From a virus: DNA of 64,000 nucleotides. Shown in pieces: positions 1-6,283 of this stretch. Numbering within the stretch: position 1 is the stretch's first letter; each line of letters opens with the position of its first letter. The notes below the pieces were generated by a model. That model saw only the letters and a program-made list of their open reading frames with translations. It made no database searches and was not told the DNA's origin. A program made the translations under genes and the position numbers. The stretch lies in the IMG/VR virus record IMGVR_UViG_3300049216_000067; one strand, given 5' to 3'.

Positions 1-297
1 GTTAATTAACTTCCTTTCAATGTTGCCATTAACTACGCCCATTGTACCATTTGTAATATGAATTACAACAGCACTTCTGAAATGCAGCTTGTAGATATTG
101 CCGTTATTTATAGGAATCGCAAAACAAATTTCAAAGCGAGTTCCGACTGTAATGGGAAAATTTGGAAGAGATAAACATGCGCCACCACCAGCACTAACGT
201 TTAGAATGCGTCCAATAGATCGCATGTTTCCATGTCTAGCTACAACAAGAATTGAATTAGTGGTTTTACGTCGTTGGTTGTAGCGTTTTTCTATCAT
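1..297 (-). CDS. PilZ-domain protein (c-di-GMP receptor fold), runs off the window end; absent from ORF track
   Basis: Manual translation MIEKRYNQRRKTTNSILVVARHGNMRSIGRILNVSAGGGACL...; RxxxR (RYNQR) and (D/N)xSxxG (NVSAGG) motifs at PilZ spacing. Confidence 0.75.
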   Translation of the reverse strand, partial: MIEKRYNQRRKTTNSILVVARHGNMRSIGRILNVSAGGGACLSLPNFPITVGTRFEICFAIPINNGNIYKLHFRSAVVIHITNGTMGVVNGNIERKLIN

Positions 298-372
298 TGG
301 TGCTCTGTTGCAGATTCGAACTGCATTCTCTGACTTACGAAATCAGCACATCTCCTGTTATGTTTACAGAGC
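298..372 (-). tRNA. tRNA-Thr(CGU)
   Basis: Cloverleaf, loop UU-CGU-AA, encoded CCA. Confidence 0.9.
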
Positions 373-379
373 GTTTCAT

Positions 380-386
380 TATTTAG
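380..386 (-). promoter_or_regulatory. Putative late promoter (CTAAATA)
   Basis: Variant of T4 late TATAAATA just upstream of tRNA-Thr/PilZ gene. Confidence 0.45.
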
Positions 387-393
387 TTTAAAA

Positions 394-609
394 TTGACTG
401 CTCATAGCCGCTGTTCTGTTTCTAATCTATCATTTCTCTAAGCCTTAACCCGATCTTTGCTCCTATACCTTCGGAAACGATCTGTTTAAGTTGCTCACCG
501 CCGTTTACGGTATCAGTAGTACAAACGTCTTTAGACTTCTACAGGGTATCGGTGAGCAGCGAACTTCCTCGATGGGTCTCCTTACCCTCCGCGATAGATC
601 GACAGTCAA
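394..609 (-). ncRNA. rnpB: Minimal bacterial-type RNase P RNA (catalytic domain, reduced S-domain)
   Basis: GAGGAAGUUCGCUGCUC and ACAGAACAGCGGCUAU align to CR-I/CR-V with compensated P4; P1, P2, P3, P5, P6, P15 with GGU, P16 and AGAGAAAUGAU (CR-IV) identifiable. Confidence 0.9.
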
Positions 610-613
610 ATCT

Positions 614-796
614 TTAAACTGAAAACTCGTTTAATAGTTTACTTTCTGTAACTACTCTACTGCGAACCCAACTTTCAAAGGTTGGTGGCGTACCAGCATA
701 GGACATAAAAGCCTTTCGATATTCAGAAAGAAGTCTCATATGTTCATCTGAAGTCAATTGAATGTCTGGTTGTTCGTCAACAATCTTAATCGCCAT
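614..796 (-). CDS. Hypothetical protein
   Basis: ORF; start reassigned to MAIKIV after AGGAG. Confidence 0.6.
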   Translation of the reverse strand: MAIKIVDEQPDIQLTSDEHMRLLSEYRKAFMSYAGTPPTFESWVRSRVVTESKLLNEFSV

Positions 797-1139
797 CTTT
801 ATCTCCTGCTTTGATTTTCTCTTTGTCGATTCTAGCTCTTTCTTTATCGACAATTCTCTGCATTTTAACAAGATCGTTTTTCGCTTTCTCTAAAATAGAA
901 ATAGCCTCGTTGATCTTGTCAATTTTTAAACTGTCCACCTCTTCATAACTTTCAAAATCCCAATTGATTACCCTATTGCAGTCACCGAGAGACATATTGA
1001 AATCAATTTGAAGATAGTCTTTATCGGGTGTTTTACCCTTCTTAACTTTCACATAACCTTTATATCGTATATAGCTACCTGTCTCAAACTGGTCGATGAA
1101 ATCGCCACCGGTCGTTTTAAATAGGATATTTTCATCCAT
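786..1139 (-). CDS. Hypothetical protein
   Basis: ORF; start MDENIL with AGGAG RBS. Confidence 0.65.
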   Translation of the reverse strand: MDENILFKTTGGDFIDQFETGSYIRYKGYVKVKKGKTPDKDYLQIDFNMSLGDCNRVINWDFESYEEVDSLKIDKINEAISILEKAKNDLVKMQRIVDKERARIDKEKIKAGDKDGD

Positions 1140-1521
1140 CACTTGTCTCCTGTTCTTCGTCTGGAAGTATAGCATTTTTATCTACTTCTTTCCAGAGACC
1201 GTCGTCTTTCACTTCGACTTTAATCTTGCGCATTTGGCGTTCTACATTGTCCTGAATGACTGCTTCTTGACCAGTTCTCTTTAAGAATTCCAAATGACGC
1301 CAGTCTTCAAACTTCTTGGTCTTTGCCATGCGCTCAAACGCAAGAGAACGGTTCTGGTGCTGACTTCGATGATCTTCAGCATAACCGTGGGCACCTGAGG
1401 CACGATGGGTGCAATGGACCGCAGAATTGGTTTTATTCTTCTTTTGACCACCGTTGCCGGTGCCGCGAGTGTATGACCAATCGGATGCGGTAACGGAGAA
1501 TACTAATTCACGCTTACTCAT
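1132..1521 (-). CDS. RF-1 domain GGQ peptidyl-tRNA hydrolase (ArfB/PrfH-like)
   Basis: RGTGNGGQKKNKTNSAV..H...RSQHQNR motif set. Confidence 0.85.
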   Translation of the reverse strand: MSKRELVFSVTASDWSYTRGTGNGGQKKNKTNSAVHCTHRASGAHGYAEDHRSQHQNRSLAFERMAKTKKFEDWRHLEFLKRTGQEAVIQDNVERQMRKIKVEVKDDGLWKEVDKNAILPDEEQETSDG

Positions 1522-1792
1522 GTTTTGCACTCAAATTTAATTCTTGCATATATTCGTCAGAATATTTTGCATTCACTGTAAAGATTGATCCTGCTGATCT
1601 GCTCATTGGTTGCACAGCAGCCAACTCGATCATTTGTTCGCGAAATTTCTTTTTAATGAATTCGTGTAGTTTCTGTCGAGTTTCCGGAGTATTTGGCATC
1701 CCTACGAAATCTTCAAAACAAGTCGGATTAGAAGCTATGATTTCATAGAATTCATCAGCATCTAAAGTTTCGGATTCAGTTTCTTTTTTCAT
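1514..1792 (-). CDS. Small protein containing a gp23-like VQPM segment
   Basis: ELAAVQPMSRSAGSIFTVNAKY resembles DVCGVQPMTGPTGLIFAMRSKY of gp23 in this window. Confidence 0.6.
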   Translation of the reverse strand: MKKETESETLDADEFYEIIASNPTCFEDFVGMPNTPETRQKLHEFIKKKFREQMIELAAVQPMSRSAGSIFTVNAKYSDEYMQELNLSAKHE

Positions 1793-1953
1793 TGTTTCAC
1801 CAGATCACGAATGTATTTTTGATACTCAATCGGTTTAGCTAAAAAGCTTTTATAGAGAGCTAAACTTTCACCTTTTAGAAGAAACTGGAGACCACGATGC
1901 TCCATCATGACAAAACGGCAATCAAGATTTATATTTACTTGAATTGCGTACAT
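1789..1953 (-). CDS. Hypothetical protein
   Basis: Start moved to MYAIQV to avoid overlap with tRNA-Ser. Confidence 0.5.
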   Translation of the reverse strand: MYAIQVNINLDCRFVMMEHRGLQFLLKGESLALYKSFLAKPIEYQKYIRDLVKQ

Positions 1954-1957
1954 AGAT

Positions 1958-2045
1958 TGGCGGGTAGCAGAAGAATCGAACTCCAACACCTTTCGGCGTC
2001 CCTTTCTTTAGCAAAGAAGCCTGGTTCCAAACCAGATTACTACCC
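1958..2045 (-). tRNA. tRNA-Ser(GCU)
   Basis: Long variable arm, G73, CCA. Confidence 0.85.
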
Positions 2046-2058
2046 TAATCTCCTATAT

Positions 2059-2649
2059 TTAGTTCAACTTGTAAGCTGGATTTTTCCAGACCCTCGATGA
2101 CTTAGGAATCTTCGAAAGCAAATATTCCATCTGATCGTACAACACTTTATGGTTGTCCAAAAGAAGCTTTTCCTGCAAGTTAGGTGCATACGGAACATAC
2201 AACAATTGCATACCTGCTTGTTCCGGTGTCCTGTCTGCTTTACCGTGATTACATGACTTGCAAGCAGAAACAGTGTTCACCCAAGTGTGACGACCACCAT
2301 GAGACTTAGGAATCACATGGTCAATAGTCAACTGATTGTACTTGAATTGAATTCCACAATATGCGCAGATGTAAGCATCACGAGCATAAAGAATATCACG
2401 CTCAGCATAAATCGTTTCTCGTGTGTAGAAATCTCGTCCAAACACAGGACCGTCAACCATAATGATTGAAGAGACTTCAATCTTTGATCGTTCACCCTTA
2501 GAATTCATGCCACCATAGAAAGTGTGAACAGGAGAACCAAGATTACAGATGACCTTACCCAAAGCGTAGTAACGCGCAGACTCTTCTTCGAGTCCGGTCC
2601 ATTCGCGTGGGTTTCCTGATTTGTCAACAACGAGAACTTCTTTCGACAT
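2059..2649 (-). CDS. HNH endonuclease
   Basis: RD.YICAYCG, TIDHVIPKSHGG, NTVSACKSCNHGK. Confidence 0.9.
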   Translation of the reverse strand: MSKEVLVVDKSGNPREWTGLEEESARYYALGKVICNLGSPVHTFYGGMNSKGERSKIEVSSIIMVDGPVFGRDFYTRETIYAERDILYARDAYICAYCGIQFKYNQLTIDHVIPKSHGGRHTWVNTVSACKSCNHGKADRTPEQAGMQLLYVPYAPNLQEKLLLDNHKVLYDQMEYLLSKIPKSSRVWKNPAYKLN

Positions 2650-2704
2650 GTTCTAACTCCTTCACTCACAAGTGCATGATTTATTTAGGAACAAGATTCT
2701 AAAT

Positions 2705-2779
2705 TGGAGTACTGGACTGGATTCGAACCAGCATGGGACTATTTTGCAGACAGCCGCGTGACCTTTCCGCCACCAGTAC
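2705..2779 (-). tRNA. tRNA-Cys(GCA)
   Basis: Cloverleaf, U73, CCA. Confidence 0.9.
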
Positions 2780-2801
2780 ATTCGTAAGGAGTATAACTTT
2801 G

Positions 2802-3122
2802 TTATCGAGCTATGACAAGGTTCTTTGGAGGGACTTCAATTTTCGTCTTTCCATTGATCTTGTTGTAATGAGCTAGAATCTGATCTTCTGGCTCAGTAAT
2901 GTAGACAATCTTATCTTCAAGAATTTCAATCTCTTCTTTTGCCAAAGTTCCCCATGGAATGAAAGCAAACATGATCTGCGTCTTACCGGCTGCATCAGGT
3001 GGTCCCTGCTGTGGGATAACAAGAATCGCATCTGTAAGTGAATAACCTGTTTTTAAGGTTTGAACAGTTGCAAGTAATTCTTCACCAGTAACAAGCTTGA
3101 TTAATTTGACGCTAGATTCCAT
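2802..3122 (-). CDS. Conserved T4-like phage hypothetical protein (Sm-like fold likely)
   Basis: VKLIKLVTGEELLA...FIPW...Y pattern typical of T4-like phages. Confidence 0.6.
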   Translation of the reverse strand: MESSVKLIKLVTGEELLATVQTLKTGYSLTDAILVIPQQGPPDAAGKTQIMFAFIPWGTLAKEEIEILEDKIVYITEPEDQILAHYNKINGKTKIEVPPKNLVIAR

Positions 3123-3146
3123 GATAATTCCTTTAGGTAAAGCTTT

Positions 3147-3169
3147 ATTATACAGTATTTTTGTTTAAT
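3147..3169 (-). promoter_or_regulatory. Promoter ATTAA-N12-TATAAT
   Basis: Member of recurrent promoter class (see findings). Confidence 0.6.
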
Positions 3170-3176
3170 AAGAAAT

Positions 3177-3252
3177 TGGAGCGGATGAAGGGACTCGAAC
3201 CCTCGACATCTTCCTTGGCAAGGAAGCGCAATAGCCGCTATGCGACATCCGC
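3177..3252 (-). tRNA. tRNA-Gly(GCC)
   Basis: Cloverleaf, CCA. Confidence 0.92.
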
Positions 3253-3258
3253 GTAAAC

Positions 3259-3333
3259 TGGTGCTCCAACACAGAATCGAACTGTGACTTGGTCCTTACC
3301 AAGGACCTGTAATAACCATTTTACTATAGGAGC
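3259..3333 (-). tRNA. tRNA-Thr(GGU)
   Basis: Cloverleaf, CCA. Confidence 0.9.
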
Positions 3334-3391
3334 GATACATTCAGATTATCCTTTTAATTGCGACTGTTTCCCCCCCCCCCCGCAATGGATT

Positions 3392-3465
3392 TGGTGGTCG
3401 TACTAGGAATCGAGCCTAGGTATCTTCCATGTCATAGAAGTGTTCTACCATTGAACTATACAACC
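3392..3465 (-). tRNA. tRNA-Val(GAC)
   Basis: Cloverleaf, variant T-loop, CCA. Confidence 0.85.
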
Positions 3466-3473
3466 AAAACCGT

Positions 3474-3650
3474 TTAGTGAAAGCCGTGCAAATACGGCAA
3501 CAGTTGGACTACCAACCATATGACCAACGCAACGATGGCAACACCGTTTAGAATTTGCTTGAACGTTTCCTGCAAAGGAGCCTTATTGACAAGCCATAGC
3601 AAAAAACCTGCAACAAAAATCACAATCAAAATGTGGATAATGTCCACCAT
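3474..3650 (-). CDS. Small two-helix membrane protein (Thivi_2564-like)
   Basis: Two hydrophobic segments; GGAG RBS. Confidence 0.65.
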   Translation of the reverse strand: MVDIIHILIVIFVAGFLLWLVNKAPLQETFKQILNGVAIVALVIWLVVQLLPYLHGFH

Positions 3651-3683
3651 AAATTTCTCCATTGTAAATTAAACGTTCGAAAT

Positions 3684-3759
3684 TGGTCCCCTTGCCAGAA
3701 CTCGAATCTGGAATAAAACGTTCGTAGCGTTTCGTGATATCCGGTTTCACCACAAGGAG
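3684..3759 (-). tRNA. tRNA-Arg(ACG)
   Basis: Cloverleaf, CCA. Confidence 0.9.
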
Positions 3760-3840
3760 AGATACTGGTTACGTTTCCAGTTCATGTAGGATCATCTGGT
3801 TTGCCTAAGCCTAACAGATAAACACTCGCCATGACGATTT

Positions 3841-3913
3841 TGGTAGCGGTCGCTGGTAATGCTCCAGTTCTACAGGTTATGAGCCTGTCGTCAACTTTTT
3901 CGACTTCCCCGCT
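3841..3913 (-). tRNA. tRNA-Met(CAU), atypical
   Basis: ACAGG-CUCAUAA-CCUGU arm, CCA; non-canonical T-loop and acceptor mismatches. Confidence 0.7.
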
Positions 3914-3925
3914 ATAATCTTTATA

Positions 3926-4246
3926 TGATGTTTGGTGCTGATTTTTCGAGTAGTTGTCAAGCTACTATCTTTCTTTTTAGGTCCGGTGGGTTTATGACTT
4001 ACACATCTCCACTCTGTTGCAACAAAGTTTCGCAGATATGAGAGGAATTTTCCTCCAACGTAGTCGTCTTCTGACTGTTTATGGTCTACCAACTACGCAG
4101 CGATCACAGGCGGGTTCCGTCTTTTTCCTGTTACTTTCTGTCATTACCTTACCTAATCATACTCAAACCTTCTCGACAGCCCGTGAGAAGTACCTTCCTG
4201 CCGAAGAACGCAGTTTATCAGTCACAAAAAACCAACCCAAACATCA
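3926..4246 (-). ncRNA. Unassigned ~320-nt structured RNA
   Basis: ~22-bp terminal helix plus multiple internal hairpins; sits between two tRNA genes. Confidence 0.7.
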
Positions 4247-4254
4247 CATTAAAC

Positions 4255-4329
4255 TGGTGGTGATACTGAGAATCGAACTCAGATCTATGGCTTATGAGAC
4301 CACTGCCCTAGCCGTTGGACGATATCACC
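4255..4329 (-). tRNA. tRNA-Met or Ile2 (CAU)
   Basis: Cloverleaf, CCA. Confidence 0.85.
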
Positions 4330-4420
4330 GTAAATTGTTGGGACCTATCGCTGCCCGTGCGAGTATTTTACGAATAATACCATTCGTCTCTACAAACACT
4401 GACGCTCGTTGAGAAGTAAT

Positions 4421-4496
4421 TGGTGGAACTGGTAGGAGTCGAACCTACATCTCGTCCTCTTCAGGGACACGCTAAAGCCACCTCAGCTACAGTTCC
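4421..4496 (-). tRNA. tRNA-Phe(GAA)
   Basis: Cloverleaf, CCA. Confidence 0.9.
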
Positions 4497-4501
4497 AAAT
4501 T

Positions 4502-4578
4502 TGGTGCCCAATGAGGGAGTCGAACCCTCAAAACCCAGCTTCTTAGACTGGTACGTATGCCAATTCCGTCAACTGGGC
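4502..4578 (-). tRNA. tRNA-Leu(AAG), short variable loop
   Basis: CCAGU-CUAAGAA-GCUGG; Leu-type D-loop GGAAUUGGCAUAC. Confidence 0.85.
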
Positions 4579-4587
4579 AAATAAAAT

Positions 4588-4664
4588 TGGTGCGCCTGAC
4601 AGGAGTCGAACCTGCAAGATTTTGGTTCTAAGCCAAACATGTTTGCCAATTTCATCACAAGCGC
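4588..4664 (-). tRNA. tRNA-Leu(UAG), short variable loop
   Basis: Cloverleaf, CCA. Confidence 0.88.
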
Positions 4665-4670
4665 ATAATT

Positions 4671-4756
4671 TGGCGGAAAGCTGACGAATCGAACGCCACA
4701 AGTTTCCCTGCGATGTGCTTTCTAGACACTCAGAGACCCAGTCTCTATAACTTTCC
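4671..4756 (-). tRNA. tRNA-Ser(AGA)
   Basis: Loop CU-AGA-AA, long variable arm, G73 CCA. Confidence 0.82.
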
Positions 4757-4760
4757 AAAT

Positions 4761-4846
4761 TGGCGGAAGTGTGACGAATCGAACGCCACTAGCGAACCAG
4801 CGATCAGTTTTCAAGACTGCCCTCATCCCAGACGAGATACACTTCC
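4761..4846 (-). tRNA. tRNA-Ser(UGA)
   Basis: Long variable arm, G73 CCA. Confidence 0.88.
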
Positions 4847-4851
4847 AAAAT

Positions 4852-4927
4852 TGGGGCGGCTAACGGGACTTGAACCCGTACTGACTCTTTCACAGAGAGT
4901 GGTGCTAACCATTACACTATAGTCGCC
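4852..4927 (-). tRNA. tRNA-His(GUG)
   Basis: G-1:C73 pair, CCA. Confidence 0.92.
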
Positions 4928-4933
4928 ATAAAT

Positions 4934-5007
4934 TGGATCATCCTCTAAGATTCGAACTTAGGTCACTACTTTCAGAGAGTAGGGTACTGCCGCTGTACGA
5001 AGGATGA
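4934..5007 (-). tRNA. tRNA-Gln(CUG)
   Basis: U1-A72, cloverleaf, CCA. Confidence 0.9.
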
Positions 5008-5014
5008 ATAAACT

Positions 5015-5089
5015 TGGTGTTCCTAGAGGGAATCGAACCCTCGTCGTGGGACTGAGAAACCCACATCCTAGCCTCTAGAAGATAGGAAC
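5015..5089 (-). tRNA. tRNA-Glu(CUC)
   Basis: Glu-type D arm, loop UU-CUC-AG, CCA. Confidence 0.82.
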
Positions 5090-5094
5090 AAATT

Positions 5095-5202
5095 TGGCCC
5101 CTCAGAATGGATTTGCACCACCTTCGTCGGCAAGGACGACGCTCTTTTAAATGATCCACCCGGACATGTGATCAAACAATCTTCTTTTGAGCTACTTCGG
5201 GA
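5095..5202 (-). ncRNA. tRNA-like RNA with hairpin inserted in D-loop
   Basis: GCUC/GAGC D-stem enclosing ~40 nt, CGUCG/CGACG arm, T-like arm, GCCA end. Confidence 0.55.
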
Positions 5203-5250
5203 AATAAAGAAAGACATTTTGGCTCTAATTGCCTGGTGTGTTTCACTAAA

Positions 5251-5324
5251 TGGTCAGGATAGCAGGAGTTGAACCTGCGCCGCGAGCTTCCAAAACTCGA
5301 ACGCTACCGTAACGCTTTACCCTG
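5251..5324 (-). tRNA. tRNA-Pro(UGG)
   Basis: C1-G72, CCA. Confidence 0.88.
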
Positions 5325-5395
5325 AGATGCGTGAATGACCTGGGTCAATCACGACTTTTGTGTCCCGCTTAGATTTGTCTAGCGGCTCGCACGTT

Positions 5396-5472
5396 TGGTG
5401 CCCAATGCGAGAGTCGAACTCGCAAAACCGAATTTTTGAGATTCGTATGTATGCCAATTCCATCAATTGGGC
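5396..5472 (-). tRNA. tRNA-Leu(CAA), short variable loop
   Basis: Cloverleaf, CCA. Confidence 0.88.
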
Positions 5473-5482
5473 GAACTTAAAT

Positions 5483-5558
5483 TGGATCACCGTGTACGAT
5501 TCGAACGTACATTTTCCTCGTTCAAAGCGAAGCGTCCTACCAATTAGACGAACAGTGA
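5483..5558 (-). tRNA. tRNA-Gln(UUG)
   Basis: Cloverleaf, CCA. Confidence 0.9.
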
Positions 5559-5565
5559 ATAAACT

Positions 5566-5640
5566 TGGCGATCCCAAGGAGAATCGAACTCCTACTTTCT
5601 CTTAGACAGAGAGAAATCATAGCCATTAGATCATGGGACC
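5566..5640 (-). tRNA. tRNA-Asp(GUC)
   Basis: Cloverleaf, G73 CCA. Confidence 0.9.
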
Positions 5641-5646
5641 ATAAAG

Positions 5647-5721
5647 TGGTACGTCTACACGGACTCGAACCGCGATTCTCCGCTAATCAGGCAGATGTCT
5701 TTGCCATTGGACGATAGACGC
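5647..5721 (-). tRNA. tRNA-Ile(GAU)
   Basis: Cloverleaf, CCA. Confidence 0.88.
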
Positions 5722-5724
5722 ATA

Positions 5725-5877
5725 TTAAAGTGAAAGCAATTCTCGTAGAGAATTAAATCTCTTTCCTGATTCATCAAGAAAGTAGACTTGGACAGTTTTT
5801 CCACCATCAACGACTGTGCATCGAGTGATGTGTTTACCGTCTACTACGATTGGATATTTTCTAGTGATCTGAGCCAT
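5725..5877 (-). CDS. 50-aa protein inside tRNA array (not in ORF track)
   Basis: TAAGGAG RBS; MAQITRKYPIVVDGKHITRCTVVDGGKTVQVYFLDESGKRFNSLRELLSL fills the inter-tRNA gap. Confidence 0.65.
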   Translation of the reverse strand: MAQITRKYPIVVDGKHITRCTVVDGGKTVQVYFLDESGKRFNSLRELLSL

Positions 5878-5897
5878 GAGAAAATCTCCTTACTGAT

Positions 5898-5973
5898 TGG
5901 TGGGTCCTGTGGGGTATGATCCCACATCTCTGCGCTTAAAAGGCGTGACTCTTTCCATTTGAGTTAAGGACCC
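5898..5973 (-). tRNA. tRNA-Lys(UUU)
   Basis: Cloverleaf, variant T-loop, CCA. Confidence 0.85.
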
Positions 5974-5977
5974 GAAT

Positions 5978-6025
5978 TGGAGCGGCACCGACAGGTTAGT
6001 GTCGTAAGCTCTAGAACCGTGCCGC
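5978..6025 (-). ncRNA. 48-nt tRNA minihelix-like RNA with Gly-type acceptor
   Basis: GCGGCAC/GUGCCGC + UCCA, CGACA/UGUCG stem, no D or anticodon arm. Confidence 0.6.
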
Positions 6026-6031
6026 ATAAAG

Positions 6032-6106
6032 TGGTTGACCCTGAGAATTTCGAAATCTCGACTTTTGCCGTGTAAAGACAACGCTCTGCCTCTGAGCTAA
6101 GGGTCA
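6032..6106 (-). tRNA. tRNA-Val(UAC)
   Basis: Cloverleaf, CCA. Confidence 0.88.
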
Positions 6107-6112
6107 ATAAAT

Positions 6113-6188
6113 TGGTGTCCCGAACAGGAATCGAACCTGTACCTTAACGCTTAGGAGGCGTAAACATTATCCATTGTGCTACCGGGAC
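6113..6188 (-). tRNA. tRNA-Arg(CCU)
   Basis: Cloverleaf, CCA. Confidence 0.88.
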
Positions 6189-6193
6189 GTAAT

Positions 6194-6276
6194 TGGCTCT
6201 CTCGGAAGGATTCGGACCTCCATCACTTACCGTTCGCGAAAACGGCAGTAAGCTCTCGATATTGAGCTACAAGAGA
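6194..6276 (-). ncRNA. tRNA-like RNA with elongated anticodon arm
   Basis: Normal acceptor/D/T arms, GCCA; arm UUAC-UG-CCGUU-UUCGCG-AACG-GUAA. Confidence 0.6.
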
Positions 6277-6283
6277 ATAAACT

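Noticed and set aside
3370-3381. C12 homopolymer
   Set aside because: Intergenic, no gene to phase-vary; length may be a sequencing artefact
3766-3838. Spacer ending in ACCA as a possible extra tRNA
   Set aside because: No cloverleaf; the ACCA is part of an ACUGG/CCAGU hairpin
3926-4246. tmRNA interpretation
   Set aside because: No GGGG 5' end, no T arm before ACCA, no tag ORF
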